Part shown: piece after piece, positions 31,515 to 42,392 of the stretch
Layout of the letters: every line of letters begins with the position of its first letter
Numbering within the stretch: the stretch's first letter is position 1
NCBI GenBank assembly: GCA_019058315.1
Contig: JAHPZH010000006.1
Span: 64,001 to 128,000 of the forward strand
Source: Candidatus Helarchaeota archaeon
GTDB lineage: Archaea; Asgardarchaeota; Lokiarchaeia; Helarchaeales; RDOG01
Direction: 5' to 3'
DNA: 64,000 nucleotides
Notes under the pieces: model-generated
Told to the model about the DNA's origin: nothing
Databases searched by the model: none
What the model saw: only the letters and a program-made list of their open reading frames with translations
Made by a program: the position numbers and the translations under genes

Positions 31515-32600
31515 ATGGCAGGAAATACATTTGGAAAGATCTTTAGAATTACAACTTGGGGAGAATCACATGGAACTGCAGTGGGAGTTATCATCGATGG
31601 ATGTCCTGCAAATTTAGAATTGGATATTGAATTCGTTCAAAAAGAATTAAATAAAAGAAGACCTGGTCAAAATGATTTAAGTTCACCTAGAAAAGAACTG
31701 GATCAAGTTGAGGTTTTATCAGGTATATTTGAAGGAAAAACTACGGGATCTCCTATTTGCTTATTAGTTTATAATAAGGATGTTGATTCATCTAAATATG
31801 AAAAAATAAAAAATTTATTAAGACCTGGCCATGCTGATTTTACATATTTTATTAAATATCAAAATAGAGATTGGCGTGGTGGAGGTCGGGCATCAGGGAG
31901 AGAAACAATTGGTAGAGTGATTGCAGGTGCAATAGCTAAGCAAATTTTGGAAAAAATTGGGATAAAAATATTTGCCTATACCAAAGAATTGGGTGGCATT
32001 CAAATTGAAAAGATTGATTTAAATCTCATTGATAAAAATCCTGTTAAATGTCCGGATGAGTTGGTAGCCAAAAAAATGGAAAATCTAATTAGAGATATAA
32101 AAAAGCAGGGAGATTCTATTGGTGGAATTATTGAAATTATTGCAAGTGGAGTTCCAGCAGGTTTAGGAGAACCTATTTTTGATAAACTTTCAGCTGATAT
32201 AGCAAAAGCCCTAATGTCAATCGGCTCGGTTAAAGGGGTAGAAATAGGTTCTGGATTTCAAGCTGCTAAAATGAAAGGTTCAGAACATAATGATGAATTT
32301 ATTCTTGAAAAAGGAAACATTCGGTTGAAAACAAATTTTTCAGGTGGAATATTAGGTGGAATTTCAACAGGCGAGGAAATTGTTGTTAGAATTGCAGTTA
32401 AACCGATTTCATCAATTTCAAAAAAACAAAACACAATTAATATCAAGAGTATGAAGCCTGAAGAAATAAGTGTGGAAGGTAGACATGATGTAACAAGTGT
32501 AATTAGATTGATTCCTGTTGCAGAGGCAATGATTGCTCTCGTCTTAATAGATCATTTCTTAAGAAATAAATTAGCAAAAATAGATAATATTCTAATATAA
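31515..32600 (+). CDS. aroC: Chorismate synthase
   Basis: GESHG, RPGHAD, GGGRASGRET, GRHD. Confidence 0.97.
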   Translation: MAGNTFGKIFRITTWGESHGTAVGVIIDGCPANLELDIEFVQKELNKRRPGQNDLSSPRKELDQVEVLSGIFEGKTTGSPICLLVYNKDVDSSKYEKIKNLLRPGHADFTYFIKYQNRDWRGGGRASGRETIGRVIAGAIAKQILEKIGIKIFAYTKELGGIQIEKIDLNLIDKNPVKCPDELVAKKMENLIRDIKKQGDSIGGIIEIIASGVPAGLGEPIFDKLSADIAKALMSIGSVKGVEIGSGFQAAKMKGSEHNDEFILEKGNIRLKTNFSGGILGGISTGEEIVVRIAVKPISSISKKQNTINIKSMKPEEISVEGRHDVTSVIRLIPVAEAMIALVLIDHFLRNKLAKIDNILI

Positions 32601-32609
32601 TGATATTTA

Positions 32610-33890
32610 TTAATTTTTGATATTGTTTTTAATGACATTTTTAATAATTTGGAAAAAACTGGGGAAGGACTTTGAAACACACTCTGTATCTTTAATTACA
32701 ACCTTTCCAGTTTTAAGACTGGCGATGGTAAAGCTCATTGCAATTCTATGGTCATTATAAGTATTTATTTCTGCAGTTTTAAATTTACCTTTTTTAATAA
32801 TTAATCCTGTTGGTAATTCCTCAACTTGTGCACCAATTTTCTTCAATTCAGTTGCAAGTGCTTTTAAACGATCAGTTTCCTTATATTTTAAATGTTCTAC
32901 GTTCTGAATATGCGTTTTACCCTCTGCAAATGCTCCTATAACTGCCAAAGTTGGAACTAAGTCGGGATAATCCTTCATATCAATTGAAATACCATTAAGA
33001 TCGTCCCCCTCTACTTCAATCCAACTTTGTCCATATTTAATTCTACATCCCATTTTCTTTAATATGTCCAAAAATATTTTATCTCCTTGAGAGGAATTAT
33101 AATTTAAATTATTTATTTTAATTTTACCTCTCAATACTGCAGCAATGCCAAAAAAATAAGAAGCAGAGCTAAAATCTCCCTCTATGGTATATTCTTTTGA
33201 AATAAATTGCTGATTTGCTGGTATGAAAAATTTCTTATATTCTTCATTAATCACTTCTCCTCCAAAATGCTTTATTGTATCTAAAGTCAAATCTATGTAA
33301 GGTCTTGATTTAATTGCACTAAAAGAATGAATTTCCACATCTTTTTTAGCTTTAACGCAACTTATTAATAAAGAACTAAAAAATTGTGAACTCTTTTCCC
33401 CTCTTAAATTTGTTATTCCTCCTCTAATTCCTCCTCCTTCGACTATTATGGGAGGACAATCATTCTTATTAATAGAATAAATATTTACCCCCAAATCTTT
33501 TAAAGCATGTATCAAATCACCAATAGGGCGCTCATTCATTCTATTATCGCCAATTATTTCAACTTGATTATTTTTCATTAAAGCTGAATAACTAGCAATA
33601 AACCTCATAGTAGTTCCGGAATTTCCAACATAAATTTTGTGTAATGGAGGATTTAATGGGCATTCTTTCCCTATTATTTGTAAATTACTATTTAATTTTT
33701 TTATTTTTGGTCCAAATGCAGAACATGCCATTATTGAATAATTTGTATCGTCCGAAAATAGACAATTTTTTATTAGACTAGTTCCATTTGCAAGAGATGC
33801 TATGAAAATTGCTCTATGAGTTAAACTTTTTGATGGTGGAGCCGTCAATTCAGTATTTAAATTATTTAATTTATTAAATTTTACACTCAA
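32610..33890 (-). CDS. aroA: EPSP synthase
   Basis: SKSLTHR, GNSGTTMRF, SSQF, KETDR, DHRIAM. Confidence 0.96.
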   Translation of the reverse strand: MSVKFNKLNNLNTELTAPPSKSLTHRAIFIASLANGTSLIKNCLFSDDTNYSIMACSAFGPKIKKLNSNLQIIGKECPLNPPLHKIYVGNSGTTMRFIASYSALMKNNQVEIIGDNRMNERPIGDLIHALKDLGVNIYSINKNDCPPIIVEGGGIRGGITNLRGEKSSQFFSSLLISCVKAKKDVEIHSFSAIKSRPYIDLTLDTIKHFGGEVINEEYKKFFIPANQQFISKEYTIEGDFSSASYFFGIAAVLRGKIKINNLNYNSSQGDKIFLDILKKMGCRIKYGQSWIEVEGDDLNGISIDMKDYPDLVPTLAVIGAFAEGKTHIQNVEHLKYKETDRLKALATELKKIGAQVEELPTGLIIKKGKFKTAEINTYNDHRIAMSFTIASLKTGKVVIKDTECVSKSFPSFFQIIKNVIKNNIKN

Positions 33891-34064
33891 AAAATTCTCT
33901 CTTTAACTTAATTAATCAAAAATACATGTAAGGTTTTAAATTTTTAGGTAAATTTTTCAAATCTTAGTGAAAAAAGAATGATTAATAGAACCATATACTA
34001 TAACTAAATAATAATTTCAACACTTGTATTTTAATTTGATATATTTATCATAGAGGCATAACTT

Positions 34065-34598
34065 ATGGAAAAAAGTAATATTGCATTAATAGGATTTATG
34101 GGAACTGGAAAAACTACCATTGGGGAAAAATTAGCAGAAATTTTAAAATTGAATTTTATCGAACTTGATGAATTCATTGAAGATTTAGCTGGAAAGACAA
34201 TTCCTCAAATTTTTAAAGAAGATGGGGAAATTCGTTTCCGTGAATATGAAATCGAAGCATGTAAAAAAGTCTCTATAAGAGATAATGTAATAATTGCTTG
34301 TGGTGGAGGAGTAGTCTTAAACAAAATCAATATTGATTATTTAAAAGAAAAAGCTATAATAATTTATTTGGAAGCCTCACCAGCAGTAATATATGATAGG
34401 ACAATGAATGAAGGAAAAGAAAAGCGCCCATTATTAAATAATCCAAATCCAATGAAATCTATTAAGGATTTATTAGAATATAGAGCCCCTTTTTATAAAG
34501 CTGCAGCTCAATATACAATTAATACAGAAAAGGATATCCATTCAATAATTAATGAAATCATTGAAATTTTTAAAAAAGAAAAAAAAATAAATGATTAG
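34065..34598 (+). CDS. aroK: Shikimate kinase (bacterial AroK type, not GHMP type)
   Basis: GFMGTGKTT, GE..FR..E, GGG, RPLL. Confidence 0.93.
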   Translation: MEKSNIALIGFMGTGKTTIGEKLAEILKLNFIELDEFIEDLAGKTIPQIFKEDGEIRFREYEIEACKKVSIRDNVIIACGGGVVLNKINIDYLKEKAIIIYLEASPAVIYDRTMNEGKEKRPLLNNPNPMKSIKDLLEYRAPFYKAAAQYTINTEKDIHSIINEIIEIFKKEKKIND

Positions 34599-34608
34599 AT
34601 GTGGTATT

Positions 34609-34743
34609 TTAAGGCCAAGGCCAAGGAGAAAAAGGATCTGCGCCAGTGCTCGTGAAAATAGTTTCACCCAGTGCAAATTTTAGAAATAATAGAAATATTG
34701 GCATTACGTTGCTTTCTTTTAATTCAGAATAGGTATTATTCAT
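34609..34743 (-). CDS. Putative 44-aa peptide ending DPFSPWPWP
   Basis: ATG preceded by an SD-like GTGAT; MNNTYSELKESNVMPIFLLFLKFALGETIFTSTGADPFSPWPWP*. Confidence 0.35.
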   Translation of the reverse strand: MNNTYSELKESNVMPIFLLFLKFALGETIFTSTGADPFSPWPWP

Positions 34744-35006
34744 TTTTTATCACAGTTTTTTTTGGATGCTTTTTTTTTCCATTTTTTCCTATTTAAACCG
34801 CAATATTTTCTATTCTTACTCAAATAACCATTTAAAACTCTCTTGATAATTCAGATGTGATTAATGCTAAAATGTGGGAGAGATGGAAAAAAAAGTAATA
34901 TTATATTTTTTCATTTCCCTTTTTGAAACAAATTTTAAATTTTAAAATCAAAATTATTAAGAAAAAATAGAAGAATAAATTTATTTTTCTGAAAATTTTA
35001 AAATAA

Positions 35007-35885
35007 ATGGTGAAATTTTTGATAGAAACGGAGTTAAGCGGCAAAACAAAGGTTGTTATACTAATAGGAAATCCTGTGGAGCATAGTATGTCTCCTAAAA
35101 TGCATACTACTGCTTTTAAAGAAGTCGGAGTTAATGCTATATATGTTGCGACCAAAGTGGAAAAAAATAACTTAAAAACTGCTGTTGAATCTATAAGAGC
35201 ATTAAATTTCTTAGGAGCAAATGTAACAATTCCCCATAAAGTTGCTGTTATGAAATTTGTAGACGAAATAGAACCTATTGCTAGAGATATTGGAGCGGTT
35301 AATACAATAGTAAACAAAGAAGGAAAATTAATAGCAACCAATACTGATGGATTAGGTTTCATGAGATCAATGAAAGAAGCAGGAGTTAAATTAAAGGGGA
35401 TTAATGCGGTTATGGTTGGAGCAGGAGGAGTTGCAAGAGCGATTTCATTCAATTTATTGCATGAAATTAATCAGTTGAAAATAACTGATATTAAGAAGAA
35501 GGTTATTGATAGCCTTGTTTCTAATTTAAAACAGAGATTTGGTAATAAAGTTACATCTTTTAATCTAAATGGAAAAAATTTAAAAACCGAATTAGAAAAA
35601 GCTGATTTATTATTAAATTGTACACCAATCGGCATGTTTCCAAAAAATAAAGAAACTCCTGTCCCTAAGGAATTTTTACGAAAAGATTTGACTGTATTTG
35701 ATGCTATTTATAATCCGATTGAAACTCTTCTAATAAAAAATGCAAAACAAATAGGAGCAAAGACTATAGGTGGTAGTAAAATGTTTTTATACCAAGGAGT
35801 AGAAGCTTTTGAACTATGGACAGAGAAAAAAGCACCAATAAAATTAATGGAAACTATAATAAATGAAAATTTAATAAAGAAATAA
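35007..35885 (+). CDS. aroE: Shikimate dehydrogenase
   Basis: HSMSP, NVTIPHK, GAVNT, NTDG, GAGG. Confidence 0.95.
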   Translation: MVKFLIETELSGKTKVVILIGNPVEHSMSPKMHTTAFKEVGVNAIYVATKVEKNNLKTAVESIRALNFLGANVTIPHKVAVMKFVDEIEPIARDIGAVNTIVNKEGKLIATNTDGLGFMRSMKEAGVKLKGINAVMVGAGGVARAISFNLLHEINQLKITDIKKKVIDSLVSNLKQRFGNKVTSFNLNGKNLKTELEKADLLLNCTPIGMFPKNKETPVPKEFLRKDLTVFDAIYNPIETLLIKNAKQIGAKTIGGSKMFLYQGVEAFELWTEKKAPIKLMETIINENLIKK

Positions 35886-35895
35886 ATCATTTTTC

Positions 35896-36573
35896 CTATT
35901 TAATTTTAGAAAAAATTTCTAATATTTTATGCATATTATCTATATTAATCTGACCAGGTGCAGTTAATTCTTCTATGGAAGCAAAAGTAAAAAAAGCACC
36001 AAAATATGGTGAAAAAATTCGTGAAAATATACCTTTTTCACCCATAGCAAAAGCAACTATTTTGTCTCTCGCATGTTTAATCAGTGATAAAATTCTAAGA
36101 TTATCATCAATATTATTTGCAGTAGTTATAATCTTTGAAATATACCCACTGATTTCTTCAATTTTTAATAGAATTTTTTGGAGTTCATTTAATTTAGGGG
36201 TATATGAAAAATTATGATAAGAAATGATTGTTTTGACATTTAATTTTTCAGCTAATTTTATGAGTTTATTAATATTAAATGTAGAATATTCAACATCAAC
36301 AAATTCTGGCTTAAATTCAATACATTTCTTTAAAATTTGTATTCTTTCTTCTTCTGAAGACTTTAAATGTCCTCCTTCATCTTTTTTTCTTACAGTAAAT
36401 ATTTTAGGAGCTTCAATTCTTTCTAATAATTGATTTAATTCTATATCAGAAATATTTTCAAAATAATCTAATCGAATTTCAATTAAATCTGCACCTTTTT
36501 TAATTGCATCATTAGCTTTTTTTATAGCCATTTCAGAATTTTCTGCAGCAATTGCAACACAAATCGTTTTTAA
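35896..36573 (-). CDS. aroD: Type I 3-dehydroquinate dehydratase; N-terminus extends upstream of the ORF-track ATG (36531)
   Basis: EIRLD, SYHNF, AMG..G..SR, APGQ; the same frame upstream encodes KTICVAI. Confidence 0.9.
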   Translation of the reverse strand, partial: LKTICVAIAAENSEMAIKKANDAIKKGADLIEIRLDYFENISDIELNQLLERIEAPKIFTVRKKDEGGHLKSSEEERIQILKKCIEFKPEFVDVEYSTFNINKLIKLAEKLNVKTIISYHNFSYTPKLNELQKILLKIEEISGYISKIITTANNIDDNLRILSLIKHARDKIVAFAMGEKGIFSRIFSPYFGAFFTFASIEELTAPGQINIDNMHKILEIFSKIK

Positions 36574-36600
36574 AATCTCCTTAGCTTCATAATATTTTAT

Positions 36601-37686
36601 TTATTTTTCTATGATAAATTCATTCTCTACTAATTTACCGAAATGTCGACCGCCATGTTTATAATACACTAAAATCTCATCACCGACCTTAAGCTTTGAG
36701 ACTGAAATTGCCTTTTTATCTTTATTAACGAGTCTTATTGTTTCTGCATTTTGAACAATTGTTTTAAGGATTTCACTATTAATTTGTGCCTCAATTAATA
36801 TTAAAGGACGTTTTTCAATTTTTGAACGACCGATAATAGCTTTGCGACATGAACCGTTTGAATCAACTATTAAAACGTCATCCCCTGCTTTAATCTCAGA
36901 TAAATATTGTGTTTTACCATTTGGTAATAATATATACGCATGAACAGCTCCAGCATTTACTCTAAAAGGACGAGATGCAACAAATTCCGTATCAAAAGTT
37001 TCACTATGAATAAGAAATAACCCCTTTGATTGGGATCCAATAAGCATACCTTCGCCTATATTTAAAATTGAACAAGTATCCAAACATACTCTATCTCCTG
37101 ACCCTACTTCTTTAATTTTTGTGACTTTTGCTATACCAAGTTCAATAGTTATAGATTCTTCTAATAAATTTTTTATTTCTTTGATTTCATTGATTGATTT
37201 TAATGGAATCAATACACCATCTGAGCCAATTTCTAGCGTTTCTAACATTAATTTTGCTTCGGTTAAATCTTCGACTTCAACTATTAATTGCGTATTAGTT
37301 TTATGTAAATCTGCTATTATATTTTCAAGTGGAATAATCTTCCAATCCGCACCCTTAACTATTACAATCTCAGCCCCTAATTTGGAAGCTCTAATTACCA
37401 ATTCTTCATCTTCTTTATTTTTTATTATTATATAGCTTCCAATACGCTGGTCTTTCTTTAAAGTCAATTCATAATCTTCTTTTTCCTTAATAAGAAGAAT
37501 ATCTGGGTTGAGATCTTTATTAAAGGAATATAAAGTAATGGACCCAAATTCTCGTACCTTGTTTGCAATTGTATTGTCATTTGTAAAAAAATTTGTTAAT
37601 CCATTGATAACAGCTTCTGAAGCAATCTTTTTTACAGAATTCCAGTTGTCTTCTAATTTAATTATAAATAATTTTATCCTCATCAC
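36601..37686 (-). CDS. 3-dehydroquinate synthase II (archaeal type)
   Basis: W.IIPLEN, GDRVCLDT, RPFRVNAG, QNAETIRL, RHFG. Confidence 0.93.
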   Translation of the reverse strand: MMRIKLFIIKLEDNWNSVKKIASEAVINGLTNFFTNDNTIANKVREFGSITLYSFNKDLNPDILLIKEKEDYELTLKKDQRIGSYIIIKNKEDEELVIRASKLGAEIVIVKGADWKIIPLENIIADLHKTNTQLIVEVEDLTEAKLMLETLEIGSDGVLIPLKSINEIKEIKNLLEESITIELGIAKVTKIKEVGSGDRVCLDTCSILNIGEGMLIGSQSKGLFLIHSETFDTEFVASRPFRVNAGAVHAYILLPNGKTQYLSEIKAGDDVLIVDSNGSCRKAIIGRSKIEKRPLILIEAQINSEILKTIVQNAETIRLVNKDKKAISVSKLKVGDEILVYYKHGGRHFGKLVENEFIIEK

Positions 37687-37746
37687 CTTTATTTATTAAA
37701 ATAATTAAAGTAATAAAAAATCTTTAAATTATAAAAATGAAAGACC

Positions 37747-38826
37747 TTATATATAATTCTTCATTATAGCCATTTCAGCTCCTAATAAAGATGCCCCCGC
37801 TGCACCTCGGATTGTATTATGGCTAATTAGACATAGGTTTATTGATGAATTATCTACACCTTTCCTAATTCTTCCAACGCTTATTGCCATACCTGGTACC
37901 GTCCCCGCTAATCTATCTAATCTAGGCTGTGGTCTATTTATTTCTTTACGAACAATTATTGGGTCTTTGGGAGCATATGTAAGGTTTTCCTTGTATTTTA
38001 AAAATTCTGGAATTCCTTTAAAATCTCCTAATATTTTTTCTACTTTTTGGATATCCTCAATTTTTTCTTTTGTATTAATATATAAAGTTTCAAAATGTCC
38101 ATCTGTGACTGGAACTCTAGTACACGTGCTAGCGATTGGAAAACCTGCATTTATTATAGAATCTTTTTCTAAATTACCTAATATTTTTAAGACTTCTGAT
38201 TCAACTTTTTCTTCTTCTCCAGCAATAAATGGTATAACATTATCATTAATCAACAAACCAGGAACTCCCGGAATTCCAGAACCAGAGATTGCCTGCCAAG
38301 TATTAGCAATTACACTCTTAATACCAAATTCATCATAAATTGGTTTAAGGACCATAGCTAAGCCTACTGTTGTACAATTAGGATCAGTAACAATTGCGCC
38401 TGACCATTTTGTATCTCTTTGTAATTTTACTAACTCTAAATGATCAGCATTTAATTCAGGAATAATTAGTGGGACATCCCGATCCTGTCTATGGGCACTT
38501 GCTTTACTTTGAATAAAATAACCGGCTTTTGCAAAATCTAGTTCTAATTGTTTAGCTTCCTTAGATGGTAGTGCAGAGAATGCAATATCCGCTTTTTCCA
38601 CTTCATTGGGCTCAGTTAATTTTATTTTCATTTCTGCTATTTCCTCAGGAATATCAACATCAAGATGCCAACTATCTTTTAATCTTTCTTTGTATTTCAA
38701 CCCTGCAGATCTCTTAGAGGCTGCAATATCGACTATATCGAACCAAGGATGCTGACTTAACATATATACTAACCTCTGTCCTACAGTTCCTGTAGATGCT
38801 AATATGACACAGCTTCTTTTTTTCAT
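37747..38826 (-). CDS. asd: Aspartate-semialdehyde dehydrogenase
   Basis: TGTVGQR, PNCTT, QAISGSG, RVPV.DGH, HNTIRGAAG. Confidence 0.95.
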   Translation of the reverse strand: MKKRSCVILASTGTVGQRLVYMLSQHPWFDIVDIAASKRSAGLKYKERLKDSWHLDVDIPEEIAEMKIKLTEPNEVEKADIAFSALPSKEAKQLELDFAKAGYFIQSKASAHRQDRDVPLIIPELNADHLELVKLQRDTKWSGAIVTDPNCTTVGLAMVLKPIYDEFGIKSVIANTWQAISGSGIPGVPGLLINDNVIPFIAGEEEKVESEVLKILGNLEKDSIINAGFPIASTCTRVPVTDGHFETLYINTKEKIEDIQKVEKILGDFKGIPEFLKYKENLTYAPKDPIIVRKEINRPQPRLDRLAGTVPGMAISVGRIRKGVDNSSINLCLISHNTIRGAAGASLLGAEMAIMKNYI

Positions 38827-38961
38827 CTTTAATTACCATACTTTTAATTTTCGTAAAAAATGGTTAATTATTATTAATTTTTCTTTTAAATTAATTTTAA
38901 ATCATTATATATTAATGTTAGCCTAGTAAATATTAAGATATAATTGGTAATTTTATTTAAA

Positions 38962-40305
38962 TCAGATTAATTTTTTTTGGAATAGTTTTTTAGAACAAAA
39001 GTTTACATTAAAGACATCAATTTTTTTACCAACAACCAATTTACCATATGTGCCATCAAAACCTATAGGTGAAAAAGAAAAATTACCATTTTTAATTTCT
39101 TTTATTAAATTAATAATTTCTGGTGAAATTTCCTGACTTAGTTTTTCTTCGAGTATGGAATTGTCTAAAAACCACATCTCACATTCATTTCCTAAAAGAT
39201 TGACAATTTTATTATAAATATTTATTATTTTTTTTGACTTTGGGGATTTAATTTGATAATAATAGGCCAAAATTTCTATCAGAGGAACCATATGAATAAA
39301 CTTTTGTTGCTTTGGAGGTAAAAAGCCATACTGTCTATTTGCCCCTTGAATCTTTGATAATTCTAAAGCACGTTCTAAGACTCCAATTGTAAGTTTTTTT
39401 CCACAAATAGGACATTTTTTATCCTTAGGAGTGAATTTCGGTGAATATACACAATAATCATTATTATGTCTTTCTTTTCCTGCTCTATGACCTGAAAGAA
39501 AAAACTTCCCCTCTGTAGGGTTAAATTCACAAGTTCTTATTATAGAATTGGACCTAAATGATTCAATTATTTCGAAGTATGTGAATTGATCTTTATTTAA
39601 CTCTAAACTTGTAAATTCTCTTCCGCAACGATTAAGCCATGTACTATGAGCATCACTATTTGAAATTAAACCAATTTTATCTAATTCAGGAATAAGTCCT
39701 AATATTATTGGATCTGCGCTTAATCCCGTTTCCACGACGTGTATTTCATCAGTTATACCGCCAAAAAAATCTTCTAGATAATTGATTGGATTTTTTGATC
39801 CAAATACTCCTTCAGGGGTCATGATATGAGCGGGAATAAATTCAATAGATTCATTAATATTTAAAATTTCGCTTATTTTATTTCCAACTTCTTCATTATC
39901 TTCACATACTACAAATGGTCTTCCAATAGTATTTTTCACATTCCATAACTCAAATAATCTTATTGTATTAGATATACTTTCAAAATTTGGAAATAAAAAA
40001 ACTATATGAGCCGATTTGCGTTTGTTTTTAAGTGAACAAGTAAATATCAATTCCGTTTGTAAAATAAATTTCACAGATTTTTGTTTTTCTAGTTGAAAAA
40101 TCCCACTATCTTTTTGAGTTTCAACAAGTTGATTTTTTAAATTTTCCAACCATAATTCATGTAAACAATCTCCGGTCCCAAAAACATTTATTCCTTTTTT
40201 AGGTCCGGTTTCAATGAAGTCTGTTAAATTTATTTGACCTACTCCACCAGAATAACCACTATGATAGTGTAAATCTATATTAATTAACATTTTTAATTTT
40301 TCCAA
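38962..40305 (-). CDS. PHP-domain protein, endonuclease Q-like
   Basis: DLHYHS, GTGD, PAHIMTP, ETGLSAD, SNSDAHS, CPICG. Confidence 0.85.
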   Translation of the reverse strand: MEKLKMLINIDLHYHSGYSGGVGQINLTDFIETGPKKGINVFGTGDCLHELWLENLKNQLVETQKDSGIFQLEKQKSVKFILQTELIFTCSLKNKRKSAHIVFLFPNFESISNTIRLFELWNVKNTIGRPFVVCEDNEEVGNKISEILNINESIEFIPAHIMTPEGVFGSKNPINYLEDFFGGITDEIHVVETGLSADPIILGLIPELDKIGLISNSDAHSTWLNRCGREFTSLELNKDQFTYFEIIESFRSNSIIRTCEFNPTEGKFFLSGHRAGKERHNNDYCVYSPKFTPKDKKCPICGKKLTIGVLERALELSKIQGANRQYGFLPPKQQKFIHMVPLIEILAYYYQIKSPKSKKIINIYNKIVNLLGNECEMWFLDNSILEEKLSQEISPEIINLIKEIKNGNFSFSPIGFDGTYGKLVVGKKIDVFNVNFCSKKLFQKKLI

Positions 40306-40481
40306 ATTTTAGTAGCTTTAAAATTAAATTAATGTAGAATTTAATATCCAATTTTATTATTAGATTTTCAAGATCTCTTATTTATCAAAAAATTCTTTCA
40401 TTAATACGAAATTGAAGCCTTACTATAAATTTAATAATATTTTATTATACTTATTTAAAAATAAAAGGTTATTTGAAACCA

Positions 40482-41165
40482 TTATAATTTCATAAGAGAA
40501 TTTAAATCTGAAATTTTTGAAATGATAAAATCAGCTCCGCTTGCCAATAATTCTTTTTTAGTATGTAATATACTCTTTTTTCCAATACAAAGAGCTCCAA
40601 TATTCTTACCACATTCCATATCAATTTTATGATCCCCTATAATAATTACTTGATCTGCCTTTACTTTTATTTTATTTAAAATATACATTAAATGCTCGGG
40701 ATTTGGTTTTAATTCTTTAACAATATCTCTTGAGGCAATTATATCAATCAAATGTTCAATTTTAGCTTTTTTTAAATAATATTCAATTATTTCTTTTGGT
40801 TCTAGGGTAAATATTGCTAATTTAAAACCTTTATGTTTTAAAATTTTTAATGTTTCTTTAACGTTTGAATCAATTTTATTTTTCTTCGCAGCTTCCCATT
40901 CCCATTTTCGCATTATTTTATCTACATCATTTGAAATTGAATTCAAATCAAAACTAGATTCTTTTTTCAAAATAAAAGCACGAGCCTTATTTAATGTAGT
41001 TAATACTCGATCTTGAATTGAAAAAAAATTTGAAGGAAATTCGAACGCACAATTTAAATATTCAATAACTTCTGAACGTAAAGAAACGTAATTTATTATA
41101 AAATCTACTAAAGTTCCATCAAAATCAAAAATTATCAGCTTTTTATTAAAAAATTTATTAGACAT
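40482..41165 (-). CDS. HAD-superfamily hydrolase
   Basis: FDFDGTL, KP.P, IGD...D. Confidence 0.9.
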   Translation of the reverse strand: MSNKFFNKKLIIFDFDGTLVDFIINYVSLRSEVIEYLNCAFEFPSNFFSIQDRVLTTLNKARAFILKKESSFDLNSISNDVDKIMRKWEWEAAKKNKIDSNVKETLKILKHKGFKLAIFTLEPKEIIEYYLKKAKIEHLIDIIASRDIVKELKPNPEHLMYILNKIKVKADQVIIIGDHKIDMECGKNIGALCIGKKSILHTKKELLASGADFIISKISDLNSLMKL

Positions 41166-41348
41166 GTATATTCAATATAATTTATAATGTAAATTATCAA
41201 TAATTGAATAATTAAGTGGAATCAAAAATATTCTGACATTAAGTTCTTTACTTGGTGTGTTTAAAATCTCACGTTATTGTATAAACATAACAAAATGAAA
41301 AAAGGTTTTAGTGGCAATTATGAAGATTTTATATTTTAATTCATTCAG

Positions 41349-42392
41349 TTATTTCATTTTTTTAATAAAATCATAAAGTAATCCACGCCAATGATCTCTT
41401 ATACTATATTCAGCACAATTTGTGGCTTCAGATAAAATTTTTTGTGTTAATATTGAATGAAGTTTTAACTTAGTTGAAATCCTTTGATCAGCAGCATAAA
41501 CAGTTGCTACTGTAAAAATATATGGATTTCTCCCTCCACGCTTTTTAATATCTATATTTTTCAGGATCATTCTTGTTTCACTTATAAGTTCTCTTTCATA
41601 AATAGTCGGATTAACATTATAATTTTTTAAACGTGAACTAACTTTTGGATATTTCATAACATTAGAAATAATACGTGAAATATACTCTTCACTTCGACGA
41701 ATTTTATTTCTAAATAAAGTTTTAAATTTTGGTCTCATTTTCAATCTTAATTGAATCATTGCTCGTTCACTAACTCTATGACCCAAAATTTGAAAGGTTT
41801 TTGCAATTTCTTGTATTGTTACAGGAGCAAGGTCCTTATATTCTCGAACCGCCAATAAAAGACACAAAGCAATCAATAAAATATGATTTGTAATTTTATT
41901 TTTTTCTTTAATTATTTTATGGTAGAAATATGCTGCCCTATCTCTAATTTTCGAATTTAAATTCAATTTTGGAATAACCTGATTCAAAGTCTTTAATGCT
42001 CTATAATCAGTTTCTCTCTTTGCAATTCTTGCCCTTAAATCATAATATTTTAATCTTTTAAATAACGCCTGTGATTTAGCAGATAGTGGAATGCCTTGGG
42101 AATCTGAAAAAAAAGAAGAATGTTCATAATCAATAAAACTACCCAATCCATCAATTATGTGCAATCGATCTCCTAATGAAATATAATGTCTAGATGTATT
42201 ACCTATTTTATCACCAACAATAGGATTCATCTTATATGTAGGGGAAACGTATTGTTGAGATATGACTAAACCACAATTTGAGCAAATATATTCTCCTCTT
42301 GAAAAATCTAAAATTACATCTTTATGATTGCATTTTTCAAATGGTTTTTGCTTATGGTCAAAGATTTGTATTTGGGATCTCTTAACACTCAT
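41349..42392 (-). CDS. tfb: Transcription initiation factor IIB family protein (divergent TFB paralog)
   Basis: Zn ribbon GEYICSNCGLV followed by two cyclin-like repeats. Confidence 0.8.
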   Translation of the reverse strand: MSVKRSQIQIFDHKQKPFEKCNHKDVILDFSRGEYICSNCGLVISQQYVSPTYKMNPIVGDKIGNTSRHYISLGDRLHIIDGLGSFIDYEHSSFFSDSQGIPLSAKSQALFKRLKYYDLRARIAKRETDYRALKTLNQVIPKLNLNSKIRDRAAYFYHKIIKEKNKITNHILLIALCLLLAVREYKDLAPVTIQEIAKTFQILGHRVSERAMIQLRLKMRPKFKTLFRNKIRRSEEYISRIISNVMKYPKVSSRLKNYNVNPTIYERELISETRMILKNIDIKKRGGRNPYIFTVATVYAADQRISTKLKLHSILTQKILSEATNCAEYSIRDHWRGLLYDFIKKMK

